Shown: one piece after another, positions 26,975 to 40,502 of the stretch
Numbering within the stretch: position 1 is the first letter of the stretch
Layout: each line of letters starts with the position of its first letter
NCBI GenBank assembly: GCA_964016885.1
Contig: OZ024750.1
Span: 12,462,001-12,526,000, forward strand
Source: Eledone cirrhosa
Lineage: Eukaryota
Direction: 5' to 3'
DNA length: 64,000 bases
The notes under the pieces: model-generated
What the model was told of the DNA's origin: nothing
What the model saw: the letters and a program-made list of their open reading frames with translations, nothing else
Databases searched by the model: none
Translations under genes and position numbers: made by a program

Positions 26975-27318
26975 AAACCTTTGTAAGTAGTTTTATGTTT
27001 TCGTTTTTGCCAATAGCATCAAATAAAAAGATATTTGTTACAATATTAATGCTGTACATGTAAAAACTATTGTCAGTTTTGATATTTAAATTTTACTAAT
27101 TTTCTTTTATGTGCCTGCCTGTCATATCAACAGGAATCTGATATTAGTCAAATATAGAAAAAACAACTTCCAGCTTAATTTCAATACATGGTTTTTATTA
27201 TAATAATAATAACAATAGTAAGAGAGGAAGAAATACTAATTTCCTTTCGTAAGTAATATTTGCATTAATGTAGATACAAAATGAGAAGTTGTGGTGCTTG
27301 TATCTTTTCAAATTCCAC

Positions 27319-27760
27319 TAACCCTTTAGATACCATACTATTTGATATAATAAAACTCTTTGTTATAAAGGGTTTATATTTATCTAAAAATCTTCCATCA
27401 TAATTTTATGTAAAAACCTTCAAGTTATGTTCCAAACACTCCTGGTTCTATGACACAAAACTGGTTTAAAGTGTATATATTTATCTAAAAACCTTCCATC
27501 ATAAGTTTTTGTAAGAACCTTTAAGTTATGTTCCAAACACTCCCGGTTCTACAACACAAAACTGTTTGGTTTAAAGTGTATATATTTATCTAAGAACCTT
27601 CCATCATAATTGTATGTAAGAACCTTTGTTCCAAACAGTATTTTAATAATGAGAAAATTAGTTATATTACTAAATCCTTCTAAATTCTTCATTATTTTCA
27701 AAGTTATTTGAAAATCTCAGGCAGTGTTTTTCATTAGGAAATTGGTAATGAAAGAGTTAA
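27319..27760 (+). mobile_element. second piggyBac-like MITE family with internal duplications
   Basis: TAACCCTTT...GGTAATGAAAGAGTTAA. Homologs at 20985-21226 and 38980-39219 (the latter ends AAAGGGTTAA). Confidence 0.55.
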
Positions 27761-28066
27761 TGTAAAGAATGGTTTCAACAGAGAATCAACAGCAGGTCAT
27801 CGATTTAGTATGTTAAGGAAAAACTTACCATGTTCTTGTGGCATTCACCATTATAGCAACAATAATCAAATCAAACCCTTTTAACTAAATGCAAAGCCAT
27901 TTTTGGTGGTAGAAAAGTTAAAGCCAATTGAATTAATCCTTGTCTATTAACAGAGTTTTATTGCTCCTGGGGTGGATTAATTTAAACCATGGAGGTGATA
28001 CAGTAAACTATGATTCATAGAACATCTAAGCTGCTACTCTTTAGTTTCAACTTTTTCAATAATAAT

Positions 28067-28615
28067 GGCCAGCAATTTAAGGGGGATGGGGAAGTTGATT
28101 AAATCGACCCCAGTACGTTACTGGTGCTTTATTCTATTGCCCCCGTAAAGATGAAAGGAAAATCTAACATTGGCAAGAGTAGTAGTAGGAGTAAGCATCA
28201 ATAATAATAATAATTGTTTCTACTTTTTGGCACAAGGCCAGCAATTACCGAGTGCATTACTGGTACTTTATTTTTTTGACCTCGTAAGGATGAAAGGCAA
28301 AGTCAACTTCAGCAGGATTTAAACTCAGATCGTTAAGGGATGTAACTATGCTGGAAAGCATGGCATGCGACCCTCTACCGATACTGCCAATCTAATGGTT
28401 TCTTATATAGGCACAAGGCCAGTAATTTTGGGGGAGGGGAAAGTCGATTAAATGGACCCCAGTACGATACTGGGGCTTTATTTTCTTGACCCCGTAAAGA
28501 ATGAAAGGCAAAGTTAACCTCGGCGGGGGTTTGAACTCAGACTGTAAAGGGCCGTAACTCTATGCTGCAAAGCATGGTATCCGACTCTCTACTGATACTG
28601 CCAATCCACTGCCCT
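28067..28615 (-). mobile_element. stack of three family-A SINEs
   Basis: Copies at 28067-28172, 28211-28392 and 28394-28615. Confidence 0.85.
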
Positions 28616-29215
28616 ATCAATAATAATAATAGTAACCAGACCAGAATTTTGTTTCCGAGCTGATATGCCAACCTTGTTTTTCTCTATTTAATTACCCAAA
28701 ATTAATTTACTTGCTTGATAAGAGAAGGTACCATAAGTCTACTGCAAACCTGTAGTTTTGTTTGACTATGTTCCAAAAATCTTCTACTCTAGCTAATCAA
28801 ATTGGCTTTATCAGTATCATCCCCTTATTCTTCTCTGTAGCATCTATAACTGTATCCTTTCTTTTACTATCCTCATTGAAAAGAAGTATTTCTAGACTTG
28901 TATAAGTTATAAGTAAATCTAGTGTACTTCTATCCTGTTAGAATTGACATATCGATTGTACAGCAGAATACATCACAAGGAAACATACAATATGTTATTC
29001 ATAAATAGAAACACAACTGAAGCCTATACACTCTCTATAAGAACTTAGTCATGCAATCTCTGGTGACCCTTTATGCTATTTACTTTGTATTTCAAATAAT
29101 CAACGTTGTTTCACAAAGGTTCACTGTTCTATTTATTAGAAACCAGAAAAATAATTGATCCCTTCCTAAATAGTTGCCAATGGGCTTGACTATATATATA
29201 ATATATATATATATA

Positions 29216-29463
29216 TGTGTGGGCAATCCCCACCTCAACTATTGGTTAAGTAGCCCACACCAAGAGCTGTTAAAAGGGCAGATGTGTGGGCAATCCCCAC
29301 CTCAACTATTGGTTAAGTAGCCCACACCAAGAGCTGTTAAAAGGGCAGATGTGTGGGCAATCCCCACCTCAACTATTGGTTAAGTAGCCCACACCAAGAG
29401 CTGTTAAAAGGGCAGATGTGTGGGCAATCACCACCTCAACTATTGGTTAAGTAGCCCCTCACC
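29216..29463. repeat. 67-bp tandem repeat (about 3.7 copies)
   Basis: TGTGTGGGCAATC at 29216, 29283, 29350 and 29417. Confidence 0.9.
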
Positions 29464-29666
29464 AATCTGCAATTGACTAAATAAGGTGAGTAGAGCTACA
29501 CCTATGACATGACCAAAACAAACAGAAAGAAATGAAGGTCAACCAGGAAGGGATTCCTCCAACAGGAGTGAGAAGGTCCTGGATTAGATCTTTGATAGGT
29601 TTTGAGTAAGTTTCGTTTTTGTGAAACTCTTCCACCAGCAGTAAAAATATGCTAACAGCACTCTAC

Positions 29667-29710
29667 ATCTTGATGATGAAACTGTGAAAGTCTCGAAACA
29701 TTGATTAGAT
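29667..29710 (+). ncRNA. degenerate hammerhead-like motif
   Basis: ATC-TTGATGA-T-GAAACT-GTGAA-AGTCTC-GAAAC...TTA-GAT. C3 is substituted and helix III is imperfect. Confidence 0.35.
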
Positions 29711-30769
29711 TATGGATTTAAGAACTTTGTAGTTTCAAACAAACTGAAAACAACTCAGGCATAAATATGAAAAAAAAAAGCAAAGACTCATAGTTGTCTC
29801 TTTACAAACTTCCACACACACATGCAAACACACATGCAAACACACATGCACAGATTTATACACACACAAACATGCACAGATTTATACACACACAGACGCA
29901 TGCACAGACTTCTACACACAAACACATGAACACAGACACACATGTACACATACACATATGCTCACAGTCACACACTCTCTCTTTCTCTTCATCACTCTCT
30001 CGCCACACACACACACACACACACATTTGAAGTACTTTATATGTAAATATTTCCCAAAGTACTCAAATTCAGAAGGTGTGTCAGTCTAAAGTTTAAATTT
30101 ATATATATTATCTGTAAGACTATTTGTGCAGGTGCTTCAGATTCTATTCATATTCTTGCTGATGTCAAAATGGATTTTTCTTCTTTTTTCCTTTTCCTGT
30201 GAAGAAGCTTAAAAACTATGTAGTGTAAGGTGAATATATTGATCTAATAGTATAAAAATATCTATTAGATGTTTCGACAAAATGGATAAAAAGAGAAGTA
30301 ACAACACAAAGAATAAAAACCTTTAAATGTAATTTATTTTTACAGAAACCATACTGTATTTTGTATTCTTGAAGTTCAGATAAATATTTACTTATAATGA
30401 ATGTGCCATACTTATAAAACAAGTGTACAATTGAAGTAAAATTTGAAACAATCATGTTTAAATGGGTGCCTGATTTTAGTTAGTCTATTTATTTTTGAAA
30501 ATTTCTATCACTTATATTTTTGTAAAGGATTTTAAAAACTTTTTTCTCTTTTTCAAGTGATGTTATTTAGATTTGACTAGAAAGGGGGGAAAAAAAAAGA
30601 ATCATAGATTTAAAAATATATTTTGTTGCATAATAATGGTTTTTGATTAAGGCACAATCCCAGCAATTTTGGGGGAGAAGAAAGTCGATTAAATCGACCC
30701 CTGTGTGTTAGTGGTACTTTATTTTATTGACCCTGTAAGGATGGAAGACAAAGCTAACCTCGGCAGGAG

Positions 30770-30835
30770 GACAGCGAGGGAGACCTGTTGGAATAGCCAC
30801 TCTGCCTCATTGGGCTCGCACCTGCGGCAGCCAAT
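30770..30835 (-). pseudogene. tiny CRE-like LINE C-terminal fragment
   Basis: Minus translation CEPNEAEWLFQQVSLAV resembles the RLE C-terminal motif DPRE..FLFQRLSVAIQRGNA. Confidence 0.35.
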
Positions 30836-31295
30836 ATTAGTTTTAAAGTATATTTCCTTCATAGCCAGTTTAGGAACTGTTTGGGAAGAGCAGGGAAAGA
30901 ATTATTTCTACAAAGACATAAAATCCCCCAAAACAGATACCAGGGATGGTGGAGTATAAATATTATAGCAGACTATTTCTATCCTATCCTTGGTCCAGTT
31001 TGACTCTCCACTGATTCCACACATTGCCGCCATTTTCCACAGTCATTCATTCTGTTTATTTTCAATGTAGTGACACGCGCAGAGAGACGCGCAGAGAGAC
31101 GCGCAGAGAGACGCGCAGAGAGACGCGAGCAGAGACAACTGAAAATGTGTATAAAACACAGATATTTTTAAATGTTTAGCATAAATTTTTTAAAAATTTA
31201 ACATGTTTTAGGTATTTCTACAAATTGATTTTGTATGTTTTGAAATGTTGTAGCTTCTAGTTTATTGAAAATTTAAACACAAAACTTTACTTATA

Positions 31296-31652
31296 TTATC
31301 ATCATCATCACTGCCACCATCATCACTGCCACCATCATCACCACTGCCACCATCACCACTGCCACCATCACCACTGCCACCAGCACCACTGCCACCAGCA
31401 CCATCACCACCACCACCATCATCACCATCACCATCGCCACCACTGCCACCATCACCACCATCACCACTGCCACCATCACCACTGCCACCATCACCACTGC
31501 CACCATCACCACTGTCATCATCACCACCACCATCACCACTGCCAGCATCACCATCACCATCATCACCATCATCACCATCACCATCATCACCATCACCATC
31601 ATCACCATCACCATCATCACCATCACCATCATCACCGTCACCATTAACATCA
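31296..31652. repeat. (CAC/CAT) trinucleotide with CACCACTGCCACCAT sub-units
   Basis: Directly visible. Confidence 0.9.
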
Positions 31653-32243
31653 TGCTTTTACCTGCTTTTTCATGCTTCCAGTGAATGATAAAACTATTTT
31701 CAGCTTGCTTGACTACAGCAAACTGTTTAAGGCCCATTGTAAAAAAGACACCATTCAGTGCTTGAAATATATTTCAGAGTGATGACCTTTTAGTGGTTTC
31801 TTAGACTCTCTTACCTCTCTGTCACTGCAGATCTTTAGTTTTCTTTAAATTCTTTTACTCTACCAATATAATGAATAATAGCTGCAAGTAAAAAGAAAGG
31901 AAGAATGAATATAACAAAGGCATAAAAGTAATGATTGGAAATTCAATGCAGTCTAAACAATATCAGCAATAGTTGTTATAAGAGTAGCTATCTGATCTAA
32001 ACATGTGCATCACTGTCAATTGACTAACTGAATCAACTAGTTATTGACAATCTAAGTTAGTCTAACTTTTACAGAATAATGGTTGTTGTTGTTGTTGTTT
32101 TGTGTTCTTTTTTTTTTTTTAGTTTTTATTATTTGGTACTCAATTTTTTTAATTCCTTTTTTTTTTATTATGGCTTAAGGAATCATACTTGGTATTGCAC
32201 AATTGTTGAACTTATTTTTTGTGAAATATATTCTGTCATGACT

Positions 32244-32575
32244 TGAAGAACTGTAGAACTGAAGAACTGTAGAACTGTAGAACTCTAGAACTGAAGAACT
32301 CTAGAACTGAAGAACTGTAGAACTGTAGAACTGAAGAACTGTAGAACTGTAGAACTCTAGAACTGTAGAACTGAAGAACTGAAGAACTGTAGAACTGAAG
32401 AACTGAAGAACTGAAGAACTCTAGAACTGTAGAACTGTAGAACTCTAGAACTGTAGAACTCTAGAACTGTAGAACTCTAGAACTGTAGAACTGTAGAACT
32501 GAAGAACTGTAGAACTCTAGAACTGTAGAACTCTAGAACTGTAGAACTCTAGAACTGAAGAACTGAAGAACTGTA
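32244..32575. repeat. 8-bp microsatellite with three variants (about 41 units)
   Basis: GAACTGTA, GAACTGAA and GAACTCTA interspersed. Confidence 0.95.
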
Positions 32576-32997
32576 TCTTTTATTACTTTCTTACTTTCTT
32601 GCTAAGCATAACATAAATGGACAGAGGTTTTACTTTAATATCCATTATTCTAACTCAACTGTCGACATGGACAATTATATATGCCAATTGATAGAACTTG
32701 CAACTTTACTTAAATGGCTTGAATATAGTAACTATTGGAAACACACTTAGAAGCCTTTCCCATACAGATGAATGTCTATATTAATAGCTGATCTAATACA
32801 ATTTGCAGAATTAATTAAAACTCTGTAGTTTAGAAAGAAATAATAGAAAGAGTTTTATAATTTTCAATTATGGCTGTCTATGTAAAAATTATAAGAAATA
32901 AAAGTTATGAAGAAATATTGAATATATAAAATATTCCAAGTTGTGATATTGGAGAATAATTAGCATTGTTATCTCAATCACAATTATTTAATGTCAG

Positions 32998-33028
<31 letters not shown>

Positions 33029-34173
33029 AGCATGGGCTGGTGAGGTTATTAAAGACCAGAATCAGTTCTTAATCAGGGCTACTAACTTCTCAGATTAGCT
33101 GTAGGGGTGTTTATATGAGGCGAGGAAGGAATAGGGTGCATCACTTATATATGTTAACACACACACACACACTCTCTCCCTTCCTCTCTCTCTCCCTCCC
33201 TCCCCCTCTCTCTCAGTGCACTGTGTACAATTTGTCATGGCACCAGTATCATGTCTTTGACACAACTGAAGACCTGTGTCCAGCAGGCTTCTATGACTGG
33301 ATACCTTTCCTATCACTGACCACTTTATAAAGTGGACTGGGTACATTTTATCATGTCACCAACACTAGAGAAATTGTCATGAATTTGACACAACTGAAGT
33401 TCACTCAATCCTTTGTTTGGCATGGGATTTTTTTTATGGTTGGATCTCCTTCTGTCTTAGTGAGCTGAGATCAATTCTCATCACCTCTAGACAAGGTCTT
33501 CCATGGTCTACCTCTACTGCTGCTTCTTTCCATTGACATTTCCTAACACTTCTTCATCCAGCAATCACCATCCAAAGCTACATTTAAGCAATATGTTTAA
33601 TTAATTGGTGACTTTGTCTTAACAGTTTATCTGCTTATCATAGTTGTTTAAGATTATAGATGCTCATTAATTTCCTAATCTCTTGTCAATAAATAAAATA
33701 GTGATGCATTCTCACTCTTTCCTAATACTTGTTTCACTCTATTAGATGGAATGACAGAATATTTCAACATGAACTGGAATTAATGAATAGGTCTTCAGCA
33801 AATTCTACCACTTATATTGTAAAAATAAATTTTTTCAAAATAAAAATAGCACAAAACAAAACTCAATTGATTGGCAAATATATTTTTTATTTAATGTTGT
33901 GTGTTCTTTTAAAGATTAAATTTTAACTGATATGTATATATATATATATAATGTATTTTAAATAGTTATGTCTTAGGCTGCAGGACAAAGATTTCAATTT
34001 AAATACATTCAGTTTTTCAATTAATTTACTTCATTTTATAACACTCTCATTGTAATCATAATTCTATGGAAATTATATAGATGTTAAATTGCCATTGATG
34101 ATGTTGATGTTTAACTAATAAGCATGTAATAAACAAATTGAAAGAAGCTACTATGATACATTAAGATTTTGAA

Positions 34174-34706
34174 TTAACCCTTTAGCATTTAAACTGGTTA
34201 TATCTAGTCAAAATTGTCTTCCCTTTTTCAAACTGGTTGTAACCAGCCTCTTATTCCGACATTAACCCTTTTGCATTTAAACTGGTCATATCTGGCCAAC
34301 ATTCTCTCCCCCTTTTTTCTGTTCAAACTGGCCATAACCAGCCACCCATGCCGACATTAAGATATCATTCTCAAAATAAACAATGTCATCAAAATCTTGG
34401 TAGATTTAAGATTATATGAGATAAAGCCTTTACCATGAAAATACAATAGTAAATATACAATAATTGTTTCTACTTTAGGCACAAGGCCAGCAATTACCCA
34501 GTGCATTACTGGTACTCTATTTTATCGACCCCGTAAGGATGAAAGGCAAAGTCAACATATAATAATGTAAACGCTAAAGGGTTAAGATAACATTCTTAAA
34601 ATAAACGGTAACACTATCAAAATCTCATAGATTCGAGATTATGTGACAAGCCTTTACTGTGAAAACACAATAGTAAATATAGAGTAATGTAAAGGCTAAA
34701 GGGTGA
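34174..34706 (-). mobile_element. tandem piggyBac MITE pieces with a nested family-A SINE fragment (34460-34556)
   Basis: TTAACCCTTT(A/T)GCATTTAAA at 34174 and 34262; TAAAGGG ends at about 34581 and 34703. Confidence 0.7.
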
Positions 34707-35060
34707 AATATATATTATATTTTAGGTAACATCCATGAGCTCAGCTGGTCTCGCTTGGGGATCCAACCAGATCAGTTGGAAACAGTTGCTTCTGACAGGA
34801 ACTGCTGGAAGAAGTGTTTGAGGATTGTATTCCCATGACCCTCTCAGGAATAAGTGGAAGAAGAAGAAATATTAGTATGGTGTTAATCAATTCTCTAACT
34901 AAAACATCAAACATGAATTAGTTATTGTGAAGTTGATTTTTTTTTTTTTTTTTTCCCTCTCTCTGAAATATTTTTATTGCAAACTATATTTTATTTACTT
35001 CATATAATTATAATTAATGATAAAAAGTTACCTGCTGATAAAATAAATTAATGTATCATC

Positions 35061-35264
35061 AGGCATAAGGCCTGCAATTTTGGGGAGGGGAAAGTCAATT
35101 AAATCAACCCCAGTCATGACTGGTACTTTATTTTATCGACCCCCGTAAGGATGAAAGTCAAAGTTAACCTCGGCGGGATTTGAACTCTGATCATAAAGGG
35201 CCATAACACTATGTTGCAAAGCATGGCATCCGACCCTCTACTGACACTGCCAATCCACCACCCT
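35061..35264 (-). mobile_element. family-A SINE flanked by ~60-bp direct repeats
   Basis: CATATAATTATAATTAATGATAAAAAGTTACCTG(C/G)TGATAAAATAAATTA at 35001 and 35265. Confidence 0.85.
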
Positions 35265-35325
35265 CATATAATTATAATTAATGATAAAAAGTTACCTGGT
35301 GATAAAATAAATTATCATTATCATC

Positions 35326-38318
35326 CAGCGACCTAAATGATCACATTGGACAACATTGTGATGGCTATGACGGAATCCATGGAGTCTATGGGTTTGGTAC
35401 TAGAAATGAGGAAGGCTCCAGAATCCTGGAATTCTGTGATGCAAATAACCTAACTATCTGTAACACTAACTTCAAAAAATGAGACAATCACTTGATCACC
35501 TATTGATCGGGGGAACACACAAGCCAGGTAGATTATATCCTTACCAGGAGATGTGACAGTGTCTGTTGTAAACACTAAATCCCTCCCCCATGAAGAATGC
35601 ACGTCTCAACATAGACTCATAATTAGCGACCTCATAGTCAGGACGAGACGTATTCGACAACAGAAGAGGACTATCCTCAGGAGAAAAATGTGGAAATTAA
35701 AGGACCCCACAGCCAGTCATAAATTTAAAAGCATATTACTTGATGCTTTTGATAGTAATGAAGAGCAATTAGTCGTACAATATAGAGGAACAGTGGGAAT
35801 TCCTGAAAGCTAACCTGCTGAAGGCGACAGATGAAACCTGTGGCTGGAGCAGGCCTATAGGCAGGAGGAGAGTAACTTGGTGGTGGAACAGTAAGGTGGA
35901 GAGGTCAATCAAGGCCAAAAAGCAGGCTTGGAAAGCATGGTGAGATGGGGGAAGTAGAGAAGACTATCAAGTGGCCGGGAGGGAAGCTAGGAGACAAGTG
36001 TACTTCGCAAGAAGGGAAGCAGAGGAAAGAAAGTTCAAGTATGTTCTACAACGCGAGGACCAAAAACGTGAGGTGTTCAGGATTGCTAGGCAATGTGTCA
36101 AGGAAAACAGTGATATTGTCGGGGAGAAGTGTGTCCTAAATGATGATGGTGTACTTGCCATCACTGACGCTGATAAGAAGGTAGCTTGGAAGTGTCACTA
36201 CGAAAGGCTACTAAATGAGGAGAATAATTGGGAGAAAGACAGTCTCCCCCACATCGACCCAATAGAGGGACCAGCAGTGCAAGTTGAAGGTAGTATAATA
36301 AGTAAGGCGATCAAAGTCATGAAGACGGGCAAGGCGGCTGGGCCTTCAGAAATAGTTGCCGAAATGCTGAAAGCATCTGGAACGGTGGGACACACTATGG
36401 TCACCCGGATAGTAAACCAAGTCATACAGAATGGGGTCGTTCCGAAGGACTGGTGCAGCAGCATCATCATTAACTGCTACAAGGGTAAAGGTGATGCCCT
36501 AGATAGGGGAAACTATAGAGGCATTAAATTAATTGACCAGGTCATGAAGGTCACAGAAAAAGTAATTGCGCAACTAATCAGAGAGCGAATTGATCTAGAC
36601 GAAATGCAGTTCGGGTTTGTGTCAGGTAAAAGTACAACAGACGTTCTTTTCATTGTACGACAACTACAGGAGAAGTACCTAGCTAAAAGTAAACCCCTAT
36701 ACTTAGCTTTTGTTGACTTGGAGAAAGCCTTTGACAGAGTACCCCGCTCGATTATCTGGTGGGCCCTTGGAAAACTAGGTGTTGATGAATGGCTTGTGAG
36801 AGCTATACAAGCCATGTATAAAGAAACAGTCAGCAAGGTTAGAATTAACAACGAATATAGTGAAGAGTTTAGCGTAAAAGTTGGTGTTCATCAGGGCTCC
36901 GTCCTTAGCCCCTTACTATTTATTATTGCCCTTCAGGCTATAACAGAGGAGTTCAAGACCGGCTGCCCATGGGAACTCCTATATGCAGATGATCTAACGC
37001 TCATAGCTGAATCAATGGCTGAACTAGAGAAGAAATTCCAAACATGGAAGCATGGCCTAGAATCAAAAGGCCTTAAAGTTAACTTGTCTAAGACTAAAGT
37101 TCTAGTTTGTAGGAAGGAAAATAGGGCACCGGTCCCATCTGGGAAATGGCCATGCTCAGTGTGTAGGAAAGGAGTAGGTAGAAACTCCATTTTATGTCCC
37201 AAATGCAAAGTATGGGTACATAAAAGATGTAGTGGGATCACAGGTAAGCTAACTAAGAATATAGATTTTATATGTGGCTGGTGCTCTGGTGCAATAAGTA
37301 GCAGCAAGTGCCCACAGAATACTAACTCATTCCATTGCACAGATGGTTATATAGAAATAGTGAACAGCTTCCGTTACCTGGGTGATAAAATCAGCAGTGG
37401 GGGAGGGTGCTCTGAAAGTACTGTAGCTAGAGTCAGAACGGGATGGAAAAAGTTCAGAGAGCTTATACCACTATTGGCCGCTAAAGGTTTCTCTCTAAAA
37501 ATGAAAGGCAGGCTGTATGATGCCTGCATACGAACAGCAATGTTACATGGCAGTGAGACCTGGACATTGTGTGCAGAGGATATACAGACTGGAGAGAAAT
37601 GAAGCTTGCATGCTCCGCTGGATGTGTAATAGTAATATACGTGAACGGCAAAGCATAAACGAACCAAGGGAGAAATTAGAAATAAGAGGGATCAGATGTT
37701 GTTTACTCGAGAGAAGACTACGTTGGTATGGTCACGTGATGCTCATGAAAGACGGCAGCTGTATAAAAAAGTGCAGGGCAATAAAAATAGACGGTAGCCA
37801 CGGAGTAGGCAGACCCAGAAAAACCTGGGACGACTTGATAAATTCCGACCTCACACACTTACACCTCTCCAAGACAATGTCACTGGACCGAGATCTTTGG
37901 CGCTACACAGTCATACAGAAGACCCGCCTTGCCTAAGTACAAAGCGAAACCTTCTACAGTCAGTAGGCACCTCTAACAAAATACACCCCCGTCCCACTAC
38001 CCCCAACCCATCCACACCACCCCTTTCAATGTAAAGTTATGTTGGTACCACAACATCCAGCCCGAAACAAATGAGGTCGTGTAGGTGTCACGACAAAAAA
38101 ACACAGTCCACGCTGTAATGTGGCCGAGTAGGTAACACGGTAAAAACCTCCCAGTTCCACACTGTAAATGTGGTTGGTGTTAGGAAGGGCATCCAGCCGT
38201 AGAAAACCCGCCAGGCAGTCCTATACGAGCAAGATAACCACTCTTGCCTCAAGTGGGAAAACTCCCGTCCAAACCCATGCAAGTGTGGAATATGGACGTT
38301 AAACGATGACGATGACTA
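35326..38318 (+). mobile_element. RTE-clade non-LTR retrotransposon, 5'-truncated and disabled
   Basis: APE C-terminal motifs (DLNDHIG, RNEEGSRILEFC, NTNF, SQVDYIL), RT ORF, RTE C-terminus (RRLRWYGHV, GRPRKTW), 3' UTR and GAT-type tail. In-frame TGA stops and frameshifts are present. Confidence 0.95.
35971..37936 (+). pseudogene. RTE reverse transcriptase with PHD-like finger; frameshift at about 37585
   Basis: NYRGIKL, QFGFV..KST.D, FVDLEKAFDRVP, GVHQGSVLSPLLF, YADD (36982-36993), C4HC3 motif at 37144-37284, FRYLG. The C-terminus continues in ORF 37517-37936. Confidence 0.92.
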
Positions 38319-38405
38319 TTATTATTTGAGTCTCAGTCATTGAAGTTGGTTAACTGGAAAGTTTGTTGAAATGAATATCAAGCCACTACCTGCAGCCTCA
38401 GATAT

Positions 38406-38583
38406 TCAGGGCGTGTAGGGGCCAATTTTCTTTAACCATCCCTGGAAACTTTTTGAGATAGTCCCTAGTGCGCCTATGACAATCGGGATCACTTTGACTT
38501 CATGGCAGTTCCAAATCCTTTTTACCTCCCACTTTAAGTCCTGGTATCGGTTAATTTTCTCCCTCTCCTTCTCTTGCACTCTC

Positions 38584-38585
<2 letters not shown>
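38406..38585 (-). pseudogene. Dong/R4-like LINE restriction-like endonuclease fragment abutting (TAA)n
   Basis: EKEREKINRYQDLKWEVKRIWN...VIPIVIGALGT matches the R4/Dong-type RLE C-terminus. Confidence 0.75.
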
Positions 38586-38620
<35 letters not shown>

Positions 38621-40502
38621 AATCCATTCTCCCCACCAGTAAAAGTTGGCTGGCTGGGGTCATCACAAATCAAGTCTGTACTTAATCAGAGCTACTGACC
38701 TCTCAGATAGGTTAGGAGTTGCCTTTCATTTTCATGGCATCAGCACTAGCTAAGTTGTCTTGTCTCTGACCTTTTAACCCTTTTGGGGGCAAGTTTTCTA
38801 TGGCTGGATGTCAATATCTTTCTTATCACCAACCACTTTACAGAGTATACTGGGTGTATTTTATCATGTCATTAACACTTGAGAGGTTGTTGTGCTCATG
38901 ATGCAATGGAAACGTCCATTCGACTCTTTGTTTGGCACGGTTTATGTCATTCACTGCAAACATCATATTTTTTATTTTTATATCAAAACAACTTAAACTG
39001 CGCTGGGTTTTATGATTCAGAACAGTTTATTTGAAAGTGTTTATATCTAAAAACATTCCATCATAATTCTATGTAAAACCCTTCATTGTGATCTGAACAT
39101 CAGCTTAATAATGAGAAAGTTTGTTATATTATTAAATCTGTCCAAATTCTTGATTTTCAAAATTGTTTGAAAATCGTAGTCAGTGTCTTTCCTTAAAAAT
39201 ACCATAACTAAAGGGTTAATGTGTGAGAACAAACTTAAGTTAATCAGAAAGGGAAGGAGACATCGGAGAAGACTGATGGTGAAGGAGATGACAAAGAAGA
39301 TACTTTGTCAGTCCTAGATTTTGAAAGATATTATCTGCATGTGAATTTGCTACACAAATCTGGGGCATACTCATGCCAAACATACACAGAAGCAGTTTTA
39401 AAGATAGGCTTTATAGAGTCTGAAGAGGAATTAGCAACATGAATGATGGCGTTGTACACTTCAATTTTGGCTATCTTCGGAAACCTGAACTCATTTCCGT
39501 TTTTTTCTCAGAATCTCAATTTGTCTTTGATAAATAGAGAGGCCTGCTATGTGGCAAACTTACCATCTGTAAAATGGAGCTTCCTTCCATAAGAACCACT
39601 CCTGGTTTGTCTGTATTAGATGCATCAGAATTTTTTGAATCACCCCCAGGCATTTCCAACAATCTACAGATAACTGAAGTAAATATTCAAAAATAAGCAT
39701 TGAACCAAGAGCAACAATATGCTTTTGCAACATAATGGACACCATGCAGAGCAACAAGCAAAGTTCAAATCTTTTCTTTGTTGATTCTCCTGGCGATTTC
39801 TAAAAGTTCTAATTCAATTGAACATTTATTATGTGGAAGCATGTTTTGTCAACCAATTCTCACTGTTGCATCTACGGATTGGCTGCATTCTTCTACAAAT
39901 GGCATTCTGCAGCTTATTCAACAATTCCAATTGCCATTGACAGGGATTCTGTTTTCAGTATTGCTGTCAACAGCAATATGGCAAAAATAATGTTCGCTTC
40001 TGTGGTTTTAATCACATGAAGAACCAAAATTGTTGAGGTATGTGTATGAAGCTATTGGTCATAATTTTTTTGATCTTTAGCAAAATGATTTGCCCTTTTG
40101 GTAGCAAGATCATGCTTTTTTTCCAGGCAATTTTTGGCAAATATTTACTATCTTAAAGAAAGCTGATATAATGTATATATACATAGTTGATCCATTCTTC
40201 ATTTTAGAAAGGTCTGATGAAACAGAACCTTATTATAAATATGACTGGGCTGATTTTATCTTTCAAATTGATAAAGAGAAGAAAGAACTGAACACTAATG
40301 ACAATTAAGCTTCAAAATCATGTTGAGATTAGTTTGAATGAAAGTGAAATGATAAATGAGAGCTTTTGGTAGCTCGTTGTATCCTTCAAACTTCACAGAT
40401 CAGGTAGTATTATTTCTTATCAATGTTTAATGTATAACTGAGAAAAGTGACAACATATTTCATTGAAAAATGGACAGTTGTATGTTGCACTGTTAAGAAG
40501 AA

